DNA from: Octopus sinensis
Taxonomy: Eukaryota
DNA length: 64,000 nt
NCBI RefSeq assembly: GCF_006345805.1
Contig: NC_043000.1
Span: 48,050,001-48,114,000, forward strand
Direction: 5' to 3'
How positions within the stretch are numbered: the stretch's first letter is position 1; every line of letters begins with the position of its first letter. Of the stretch, positions 52,709 to 64,000 are shown piece after piece. The notes beneath the pieces were generated by a model. The model saw nothing but the letters and a program-made list of their open reading frames with translations. It ran no database searches and was not told the DNA's origin. Position numbers and translations under genes: made by a program.

Positions 52709-54479
52709 TTAGAGGGTTCCGCCACTTTTGCTTACTGAAATAAATTTTCTAAAATCTGTTCTTTAAATAAACTGTAAACAAACTATAAAAAGAAACAATA
52801 AACAACAACAACGGCCTTAACAACAATAAACAGATCGGGTCATTGACTTTTTTGCGTTTAAGGAGAAAGAGTTCTATGGGAAAAATAATAGTTGAAAGAA
52901 ACAAACAAAAAAAAACATGAAATAAAACAAATTAAGCAAAGAAATTCTTTCATCAAATGCCACTTCTTTGGTGAAATTTTTGGATGTTATTTTATCTTGT
53001 AAAACTCTACCGAAAGTCAGAAGAGAGATGTTTACAGTATGTTTTGAAATGTTGGAGCCAAATCATGCTCTCCTTTCTGTTTCCTGTTTTTTTCTCCTTC
53101 TCCTGATTAGGTGCACATATTTAGTTCAGATCTTCTATAGCTGGATGCTCTTTCTGTCACCAACCCTTATCTGTTTTCATACAATATGATATTTCCACAT
53201 GGCTAGACATGTTTTCATGGAAGATTGCAAATGAATGATACTACTTGTATGACAGTGATATTTATTTATGGTTATTGCATGATAAATGTGCATGTCTCAG
53301 TGCTTAGAGCATCGGGCTTATAATCATGAGGTAGTGAGTTCGATTTCCACAATGGGCTGTGCGATGTTCTTGAGCACAACACTTTATTTCACATTGCTCC
53401 AGTTCACTCAGCTGTAGAATTGCAACATCACTGGTGCTGAACCATATCAGCTTTTGCCTTTCCATTAAACAGCATTGATGGAATGGAAAGAGGAGGCTGG
53501 TATGCATGGACGACTGCTGGTTTTCTATAAAACAACCTTGCCTGGACTTGTGTCTCAGAAGAGAAATTTGAAAGTACAATCCCGTGGTCATCATGACCAA
53601 AGGGGATTTTTACCTTTTTTTTTGCACGATGTAAAATCAAAGAGATACAAATATCCAAACATCTACATTCACACACATACACACACACAAGTATACACAT
53701 ATTCACAGATATATGCAATACACACACATGTGTATACATCAGGCTTCTTTTCATCTTTGTCTTCCAAACCCAGTCAAAAAAGTTTTGGTCAGGTTGGGGC
53801 TGCAGTAAAAGACAGCATGTCCGAGGTGCTATACAGTAGGACTAAACCTGAAAGCACATTTTTGGTGAGTGAATTCCTGCACCACACACACACATATAAA
53901 AAAAAAAATATATACTCATAAAGAAATATGAATATATATAGATACATAGCAATATATATATATATATATATATATGTATGCGTGTGTGCATTTGTACACA
54001 TAAACACATACATACACACTCATATATATAAGTGTATTCATATGTATGGGTATGCTTTTATGGGCACTCAAATGACTCAAACAAGTGTGTGTGTGTGAAA
54101 GAAAGAAATAAGTGAACATCAGTTGTAATATGGAAGCACGACTGGAAACCACAAAAACAATTTTTTTTTAAAGTAATACATACAAAAAAAATAAATATAA
54201 ATAATAAGTAATAAATAAATACATAAATAAAGCAATAAATAAATAGATAAATAAATAAATAAATAAATAAATAAAGCAATATCAATTATTTGTTGTGATA
54301 TAGCCATAAAATTAGATAGAATGGTTTCAGAAGAATGTTTTGCTAGAAATGTCATATTTATATAATATTTCATGAATTTACTCTTTGTTTACCTAGCCAT
54401 TAACCACCAACCTATAGGAAACCATCTTATAGAACTTATAGAATTATCTATTGATTATGTATATATATGTTTGTGTATG

Positions 54480-54511
54480 TCTGTGTATTTGCGTATGAAC
54501 ATATATATATG

Positions 54512-54557
<46 letters not shown>

Positions 54558-54601
54558 AACACACATATGCACATTTAGATATATATATGTACATATATAT
54601 G

Positions 54602-54633
<32 letters not shown>

Positions 54634-54778
54634 ACATACATAAATATTTATATACATAAAATGTTATATATGTGCATATACATTCATTCTGTATATGTGT
54701 ATATATATATATATATATACACGTAAATATTTATATACATAGAATGTTATATATGTGCATATACATTTATTCTGTGTG

Positions 54779-54839
<61 letters not shown>

Positions 54840-55002
54840 TATATAATTACACACACACATATATTTGTAATTGTATATAATTATGTATCTATATTATGTT
54901 GTGTATATATATATATATATATATGAATACATGTATATGTGTATTATACATCGATTTACATATTTATATATGAATACATTTGTATGTATATACATACATG
55001 TG

Positions 55003-55041
<39 letters not shown>

Positions 55042-55044
55042 ATG

Positions 55045-55078
<34 letters not shown>

Positions 55079-55175
55079 ATTACACACACACATATATTTG
55101 TAATTGTATATAATTATGTATCTATATTATGTTGTGTATATATATATATATGTGTATGTATATACATACATGTGT

Positions 55176-55211
<36 letters not shown>

Positions 55212-55230
55212 ATATATATATATATGTGTG
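54480..55230. repeat. TA-rich microsatellite field with local tandem duplications (~234-bp period)
   Basis: TAATTACACACACACATATATTTGTAATTGTATATAATTATGTATC occurs at about 54844 and 55078. Confidence 0.85.
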
Positions 55231-55669
55231 TGTGGTGGGGGTGTAAGTCTAAACACAAAAAAAACAACAAAAACATACAGCAAAAATACATTGGTAGTGT
55301 TCTTTCATCATAGTGATAGAGAGCAAACAGAAAAAAAAAAAAAAAGAAATCAGTTTGAATGATATAACTTAAAACTAAATAACTATATTATTCGACAGGT
55401 TAGCTTTAATGTATGTGTTGTGTTAATGATATTTTACCTTAGGTTCATGTTTGCTGAGTACTTTATAGAGAAATTGCTTTGAGTCTTTAGATCTACTGTA
55501 CTTGGTATTGAAGAATTAAACAAAATCTTTCTACTTTGCCATGTTTTACTATATTCATCTTTCTTTTGATAGTTCTAGAATTTCTATTCAAACAGATCTT
55601 TTTTTGCCCCACACCACGTTTTATGGCACTTTGCTTTTTTTTCTTTTTAAACAAGTACAGATATTACTC

Positions 55670-55882
55670 TTTACTCTTTTACTTGTTTCAGTCGTCTGAC
55701 TGTGGCCATGCTGGAGCACCGCCTTTAGTCGAGCAAATCAACTCCAGGACTTATTCTTTGTAAGCCTAATACTTATACTATTGGTCTCTTTTGCCAAACC
55801 GCTAAGTTACGGGAACATAAACACACGAGCATCGGTTGTCAAGCGATGTTTGGGGGACAAATACAGACACACAAACACATTT

Positions 55883-55945
<63 letters not shown>

Positions 55946-56080
55946 GACGGGCTTCTTTCAGTTTCTGTCTACCAAATCCACTCACAAGGCTTCGGTAGAC
56001 CTGAGGTTTTAGAAGACATCTGCCCAAGGTGCCACACAGTGGTTCGTAAGGAAGCTACTTCCCACACAGCCACTACCTAA
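55670..56080 (-). mobile_element. SINE family B copy
   Basis: Reverse complement of family B. Further partial copies at about 24745-24890, 25520-25740, 50150-50410, 56165-56390 and 56820-56975. Confidence 0.9.
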
Positions 56081-56442
56081 AAAATAAAAAGTTCTCTCTG
56101 TACTGAAGTAATCAAGCTACTTACCACACAGCCACTCCTTCATATATATGAAGATATATATTCTTTTATTCTGTTATTCTTTTAACTTGTTTCAGTCACT
56201 AGAATGTGGCCATGCTGGGGTACTGCCTTAAAGAATTTCTGTCAAACAAACTGACTCTGTTACTTTTTTTTTCTGAAGCCAGGTATTTATTCTATCAGTC
56301 TCTTTTACTGAACCACTAAGTTACAGGTATGTAAACACACCAACACCAGTTATCAAATGGTAGTGGGGGACAAACAGATTCAAGGACATACGTATTTGTA
56401 TGTACATATATATATGTGTGTGTATATATATTATATATATAT

Positions 56443-56686
56443 ATTCAACAATAATTGAGGAACGACCACAATAGGCCGTTCGACCCACTAGAAATTTAAT
56501 TTAATTTAATCAGGCTGGTTTGCCATTAAAAAACGCCGAAACAATGCATTGTCTAAAGATACAGGGTAAATGTTTTTCTATTTTTCCTTAAATTTCGGAA
56601 TTACTACTATTTGCGGTTGGAGCCCTGGCTGCTCTTTCTAGTGGGTCGAACGGCCTATTGTGGTCGTTCTTCAATTATTGTTGAAT
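56443..56686. repeat. 52-bp inverted repeat enclosing a half hammerhead (Penelope-like inverted structure)
   Basis: 56443-56494 vs 56635-56686, one mismatch. Interior contains GCC-GAAA-C-AATGCATT-GTC at about 56535-56553. Confidence 0.8.
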
Positions 56687-56778
56687 TTATTTATAGTCTC
56701 TGACTATTTCCTCTTTCTCACTAGACCGCTGGTGGCAAAATAATTTCTATTGAATTTTTTGCTACCCTAAATTGATTA

Positions 56779-56818
<40 letters not shown>

Positions 56819-57032
56819 ACATGTGATGGGCTTCTTTCAGTCATCGTCTACTAAATCCACTCATGGCCTAAGGCTGTAGTAGAAGACACTTGCCCAAGGT
56901 GCATCTCAGTAGGACTGAACCCAGAACCATGAAGTTCAGCAGCAAACTTCTTACCACACAGCTGCACTTGCACCTACACACACGACATACCATATCTATA
57001 TATCTATATCTATCTACCTACCTACCTATTTA

Positions 57033-57112
<80 letters not shown>

Positions 57113-59559
57113 GATATCTTGTCTGGTTGTTTAGGACTGTGTATTTCATTTCATTTAAAACGAAAAGAATGTTATTCAGTTTCATATAATGTGTTCATAT
57201 AAATTTCCCCAATAACACTCTTCACACCTATTTTTCACACCAATGTCTTACAAGAATACTTTTAAATATATTTCCTCTTTGTTGTTGTAGCTTCAATTTA
57301 GAGAAATCATTTGTTAAAATATGAATAATTAAAGGAAGTCTCTAGATTTCTATCTTCTTGATGTCCATTAACTTTCTCTGGATTAACCCAATGGTTTTAG
57401 GTTTTTCTTTCTCTTTTGTTTTTTTACTGTTTTTTGCTTTGTTATCTAGATAGAATTTAAGTAAGATGATAAATTATCTATCTCTTTAGTGATAGAATCT
57501 TAGATACTCGATTAAATCAAATGGATGATTTGTCTGATTTCCATTGAAATTAAGAAGAAATTTCTCCTCATTACAGTTTTCTATGTATTGTTATTTAAAA
57601 AAAAACATTTCTATCTTAGTATCAAGGTATATTTAAATACTTTTAGTTATGCAAAAGTGAATATACACACACACGTGTGCAAGTATGTGGTGTGTGTGTA
57701 AGTGGGTGTACATATATATGTATATATATATATACATATGTATGTTCATATATATATATTTATATAAATATATATATACACATATGTGTATGTGTGTGCT
57801 TGTGTGTATTTGTATGTGTGTGTGTGTGTGTGTGTGATTTGGTAGTTTGGTAGAATCATTATAGCATCAGATAAATACGTGGCAGTATGTGTTCTAACTC
57901 TTCAGCTTTCTGAGTTGAAATTCCATTAGGGTCAACTTGATACTTCAAAGGTCAGAAAAATAAGGTACCAACCAAGTATTGAAACTAATTCTTCTCTGTT
58001 TCTCCTTGTCACTCACACATTTAAACAGAAATGGCAGATGAGCTTTGGCCACAGGAAGAGCATCTGGCTGTAGAAAATCTGCCTCAACGCTACACCTGAT
58101 TTTCTCCCCTCCATACACACGCAAGCATGTATCTGACTCATACACTGTTCACTTTCTAGACATTTGTACATTACTGCATATACTTTATATGTACTTTTGA
58201 AAAGTTGTTGTGCACCTGAGCACTGTATACAATAATTTCATTATTATTACTATTATTATTATTATAAACTGCAAGCATGGAAAAGTAGAAGTTCAATGAT
58301 GATGATGATGATTCTGGTTAGAGTTGTAAGTTTCAAAGTGATTGTACATAGTTATTTTCATTTTGACTGATTGTTGTTATAAATATAATCAAAATGAAAA
58401 GAGCAATAGATCTCTGTAACAGTACTTTAGAGAGAATTTTCTTTTTCTGTCCCAAATAATATTTAAGTAATGTTTTGGTGAGAATAGGAGGAAATATATG
58501 GATTCAGCATCAATAATAATTTCTATATGTGTTTTAAGACTAGTCTTTCTTACAAAAGACAGTCTCTGCTGTTTTAGCTTGACAACAATTATATGTCACA
58601 TCCCAGTGCCATGGATTTTATTTATATGATAATTTTGAGAAAATTACTGATCACAAATGAAGTCTCTTTCGCAATGGTGTGACATAATCAAAATGTTTGG
58701 TTGCATCTTGCAGGGTATAATTGCCTTGTCATCTACTTTATCCAGCAATGCAATTCACAAAATAATAATTAAAATTTTGGCACAATGCCAGCAATTTTGA
58801 GAGGAAGAGGATGTCGATTTCATTGACACTCTGCTCCTACACTCAATGTTTTATTGGTATTTATTTTATTGACCCCAGAAGGATGAACGGCAAAGTCAAC
58901 CTCAACCACATTTGAACTGAGAACATAAAAAGCCGGAAGAAATTCTGATAAGCATTTTGTCTGGCATGGTAGCAATTCTGCTGGCTCACCGTCTTTCAAT
59001 TTGCAAAAAAGAATAATAACCTACAAAATCTAATGTGATGTAATAATCACAAGTCCAAAAGATTCTCCACTTTCTGCCAGTATTAGCATCATCTTCAATG
59101 AATAAATATATATATATATATATATATATTATACATATTATATATGTATATATTATATATATATATATATGAATGTATTAGTTAGTGTTTGACTGTGCAT
59201 AAGTATGTATATATATATATATATAACTGTTTATATTGGTATATTTCCACAAAAATATGTTCTTTTCAATATAAAAAAAAATGGCTTCCTTATTGCATCA
59301 GTTATTTTGCTCTATTGAAGCAGTCTCCATTACAAGTGGCAAAGCTTTCAATATTTTCATTAATTCTGTCCTTCTCTATACAAAATATGTTACAGCTCAT
59401 AATCTTTTATACCTATGTTTGGAAACATTTGTGGAGGCATTACTTTGGGGGAAAATAAAAAATTGCATTGTATCGTAGAGTGTCGTTTTCGTGTATGGTG
59501 ACAGAAATGGTAGCTAAGAAGCCCAATGAATGATATGAGAGGCTGTGGTAGCTGCTATG

Positions 59560-59900
59560 GATATTTGATGCAATGTATAAAAGTCATTTAACAAACAGAG
59601 GAATGAAAACCTGCAAAACCTGCTAAGAAATCTGTCAAAAATCACTGAACAATTACTGCAAAATCTAACTAATTATCTCGTAGAAAAGTTATATGCTGTA
59701 TGAATCACATATGTGAAACTGCATTGCAATGAAGCATGGACAATGAATGTAGAAAATATTTGAACTAAGTACGATCTGCTGGATGTGCAAATTAATTGAT
59801 AAATGAATTAGTTGTTAGAAACATTGTAGTGTCTAATTTGGATAGAGCAAGAATGATCAGCTGAAGTTACAGAGGTGGAATATTTGGTTAATTGCACATA
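59560..59900 (+). mobile_element. Very old RTE-like remnant
   Basis: Frames give KLYAV..LHCNEAWTMNVENI..CWMC, similar to RLY..C..LHGSETW..RWMC. Confidence 0.4.
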
Positions 59901-61355
59901 TTACAAAACCATTTTCCACATCTTTGCTAAAATGCTTGTTAAAGCTTTTAATTATTTATCTATTCATTTATTCATTTATTTATTTATTTATTTATTTATT
60001 ATTTATTATTTATTTTTGTTGGTTGTTTGGTTGGTTGGTGGGTAGAGCTATGCAGATGAAAGCAAACCAGTTATCATCTGTAAAGTTAGACTTTTCTAAT
60101 GCAAAAAGCTCTGTACTTTGTCTACATGGCTGCTGAGAAATTTCTTTGTTCACCAAATTGCCGAGGCAATGATGTGTGTTCATGAGACAAATGGGTTATA
60201 GGTATGAGAAATGTGATGGATATTGGGAAAAATAATGATACCAGAACAAAAGGATGTTTAAATCAATTAATAGCTAAAGTGTATATATGTGCATATGTGA
60301 TTGTGTGTGTATATGACACACATATGTATGTATGTATATATAAGTATATTTATATATGTGCATGTATATATGTATATATACATACATGTATGTATATATA
60401 TGTATGTATATGTATGTATATATATATATATGTGTATATATATATGCGTGTGTATGTATATATGTATGTATATATATAAAGATGATTTTATATATATATA
60501 TATATAAAATCATCTTTACCTAATTATCTGAGTAAACTGAAGCTCTGCTTTATTTCCTTTCTGAAAATATTTTTATATATAATTTTTCCTTTGGTGTTTT
60601 CATTTAGCTTATCTCTTTTTTTCTCTCTTGTGCTTCAATGAAACACTGAAGTATCAAACGTTTTGTTAATTTTGTCACACATAGAGAATTATAATACAGG
60701 AATTCATCTTATTAAGCGTACTTATGTAAGATTTCTACATAGACACAATTTTGGTTTGATTGCTAAGCCACAAGTCTCTGAAATGGCCTTTTCTACATTG
60801 AGCTTCCCGTTTGGAGCTAGAAACCACTGTGGAATCTCTAAAGGTAAAAGTTGTGTGCTTTTTTTTTTCCAAAAAAGGTCCAATAATTGAACTCAATCTC
60901 AGTTTCGGTTTCCTACCAGAAACCCTTCAGGAATAAAAGCTGTGTTCTTTTAAAGGGATATAACATGACAGAAAATGGAATGGTCATTGTGTAATTCCCC
61001 TAATCAATACCATCTGGTCAGTTGTTTAACTCACAGAGAAATTATATGAAAAGAAAATAGGATAATTTTATTTGTTTCAGGCAACCAAAAAAAAGGTTAG
61101 AATTTAGAATGAATAACCAGTTTTGTATACTAGGAATTATAAGAAGAAAAGAACAAAAGAATGTAAAGGAAATGATAAGAGAATGAAGAAGAAATTAGAA
61201 AATAATATTTTAGGAATGCAAGAGACAGATTATTGTCTGTGGAATTGGAAGGTTTGCCTTTGAGCCAGTATTTTAGTTTAAGACTTTTCATAAACTGAAT
61301 ACGAGTTAACAGTATAAACATTTTGGCTTATGCAAAGAAATGTAAAGTTTAAACA

Positions 61356-61386
<31 letters not shown>

Positions 61387-61535
61387 ATATACACACACAC
61401 ATATAAATATATATATATATATAATATATATATATACATGCAAATGCAATAAAAGAACAACAACAATGATGATGATGATAAATGAAATGAAACACAATGC
61501 AAAATAGTCCATTAATGTGCTTTAATATCTCTAGA

Positions 61536-61578
<43 letters not shown>

Positions 61579-62059
61579 GCTGTTCTTGAGAAAAAGGGAG
61601 AAAGAGGAAAGGAAAACAAAGAAAGAAGCAAAAATAAAAAGATTAGGAAAATAAAGAAACTTACTGGTTGCTATTTACATTGATTTATGGTTAGATGTTG
61701 GTGTGCTAAAGAAAATCTTAAGCACACATGTCATTATTTGTCCACACTGCAGCAGTGAGACTAAATTATGTAAAACTGAACCAAAGAAAGTGGAGATATG
61801 GAGACCTGCAATTCTTCATTTCTCTTTATTTTATATGTTTTAACTGCTTTATGTGGAGTGGAACTGGAGGCGTAGTATTGTTTTTTAGTGGGTGTATTAT
61901 AGTTTTGTTTTGAGTATGGTGTGAGCTTGTTGGATGGCAGCAGAAGAGAACAGAAGAGAGATGGGAGCAAACAGTTTCTTTTTTAATATTTAGTTGATTT
62001 CATGTGATGATACTCCAAGGATAGTAATGTTTACTTACTGTAGAATAGGAAATGCATGG

Positions 62060-62090
<31 letters not shown>

Positions 62091-62249
62091 TGTATGTATG
62101 TATGTATGTATGTATGTATGTATGTATGTATGTAGGTACATATGTACGTACGTATGTATATATGTGTTTGCATGCATGTGTGCGGGCATATGTATGTATG
62201 TCTGCATTTATCTATGTATATACATAGGTATGTATTTGGGCATATATAT

Positions 62250-62765
62250 ATGTGAGTGGGTATGTGTATGTGTGTGCACCTATGTAATGTATATGTGTAT
62301 GTATTTATGTGTGCATGTATATGTGTGTGCACCTATGTAATGTATATGTGTATGTATTTATGTGTGCATGTATATGTGAGTGAGTATGTATATGTGTGTG
62401 CACCTATATAATGTATATGTGTATGTATTTATGTGAGTGGGTATGTGTATGTGTGTGCACCTATGTAATGTATATGTATTTATGTGTGCATGTATATGTG
62501 AGTGAGTATGTGTATGTGTGTGCACCTATGTAATGTATATGTGTATGTATTTATGTGTGCATGTATATGTGAGTGGGTATGTGTATGTGTGTGCACCTAT
62601 GTAATGTATATGTGTATGTATTTATGTGTGCATGTATATGTGAGTGGGTATGTGTATGTGTGTGCACCTATGTAATGTATATGTGTATGTATTTATGTGT
62701 GCATGTATATGTGAGTGGGTATGTGTATGTGTGTGCACCTATGTAATGTACATGTGTATGTATTT
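62250..62765. repeat. 71-bp minisatellite built from TATG/TGTG microsatellite pieces
   Basis: TGCACC recurs at 62521, 62592, 62663 and 62734 (period 71). Confidence 0.9.
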
Positions 62766-63242
62766 ATGTGTGTATGTATATGTGTATATTATGTATCTGG
62801 ATTGTATGTATTAATGTGCGTGTATGTGTATACGAATGTGTTGTCTATGCCTGTATATGTGTGTATGTATGTGTATGCATGTATGTAATATCTAAAAGCA
62901 TATATATGTGTATGTATTTACATGTGTATGTATGTATATGTGTGTAATCTATGTGTGTGCATGTATGTAAAGTAAGCATGTATATAAGATACGTATGTTT
63001 CATTGGAAAGAATAAATAGCTCTACATTACTACCATTCCTCAAATGCAAAAAAATAAACCCTAGAATCTGTTAGAAAGATTATCTACAACACATCACCAT
63101 TATATCCAGTTGGTGGTTTGTCTCTCTTTCTTTAAGAGCAATATGAACAGCCTTGTGGAGATTTTCAAAGTCACTAAATGAAATTCTAAAGTCTATATCT
63201 GAACCTGTTTACTTAATATCACTTTTAATTGTTTAATTTAAT

Positions 63243-63860
63243 TAGTTACTTGATATCTTCATGTTTTACTTGATATCACTGCTATTTTTTAATTGATATC
63301 ACTGTTATTAACTTGATATCACTTTATTTGATCTCACTGTTATTTACTTAGATGTAACAGTTATTTATTTGATCCCACTTCTATTTACTTGTGATCCCGA
63401 CTATTTACTTGTTATCACAGTTATTTCATTGACCTTACTGTTATTTACTTGATATGACAGTTATTTAATTGATATCACTGCTGTTTATTTGATATAACCA
63501 TAATTTATTTGATATCACTACTGTTTAATTGATATAGCTATTATTCATTTGATATCACTGCTGTTCACTTGATATCAATATTATTTACTTGATATTACTG
63601 TTATTTACTTTATATCACTACTATTTAATAAATATCACTGCTATTTACCTAGATGTCACTGTTACTTAATTGATATCATGGCTATTTAATTGATATCTCT
63701 ACTATTTAGTTGACATCACTAATATTTACTTGATACCTCTGTTACTTGATAATGCTGTCATTTACTTGATGTTTCTACTATTTAATTGATATCAAGATTA
63801 TCTATTTGATATCACTGTCATTTACTTGATGTAACTGTTATTTACTTGATATCACTGCTT
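63243..63860. repeat. Degenerate 20-bp minisatellite (~30 copies), consensus TTATTTACTTGATATCACTG
   Basis: GATATC-like core recurs every 20 nt (clearest at 63441-63620). Confidence 0.9.
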
Positions 63861-64000
63861 CCAATTTTTTAATATATATATATCTTAGTCAAGAGAAAAA
63901 GAATCATCCATGATCTTCTACAGAATCTCAGATTCTGGTTAGTAATGGTGAGAGAAGCATCATTAAACCAGAGACCTAGACTCTACTGAGGGTAGTCAAA

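Noticed and set aside
57130-57600. Penelope RT remnant on the minus strand
   Set aside because: Only a vague resemblance with many stops; cannot be supported without alignment.
63243-63860. CRISPR-like array
   Set aside because: Contiguous degenerate 20-mers with no unique spacers, eukaryotic context and no cas genes.

Overview
AT-rich (strongly AT-biased by eye), repeat-saturated eukaryotic DNA. The SINE families, LINE remnants and extreme (AT)n/(AC)n/(TAA)n/(TATG)n/(GATA)n microsatellite load look like an octopus (coleoid cephalopod) genome; this is an inference from pattern recognition. I could not identify any host protein-coding gene. Almost all ORFs in the track are microsatellite translations or antisense frames of decayed retrotransposons. 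The window holds dozens of tRNA-derived SINE copies of several families, decayed LINE fragments (RTE, R4/Dong, Tx1/L1-like, Hero-like RLE), a Tc1/mariner end and two minisatellites. The most notable signal is a set of type I hammerhead ribozyme motifs of the Penelope-like-element kind: three near-intact (47053-47133 +, 26595-26727 -, 38486-38563 -) and four decayed or truncated. In six of them helix III is a different self-complementary palindrome, as expected for ribozymes that work as dimers. Related sequence forms a near-perfect 316-bp palindrome and a 52-bp inverted repeat. Other notable items: an RTE insertion with twin-priming (5'-inverted) architecture, a SINE flanked by a ~140-bp direct duplication, and a sharp CpG-rich to CpG-depleted transition near 13.5-14 kb. 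That transition, together with a minus-strand bias of LINEs, suggests the right ~50 kb may be intron of a methylated plus-strand gene. Coordinates of decayed repeats are approximate.
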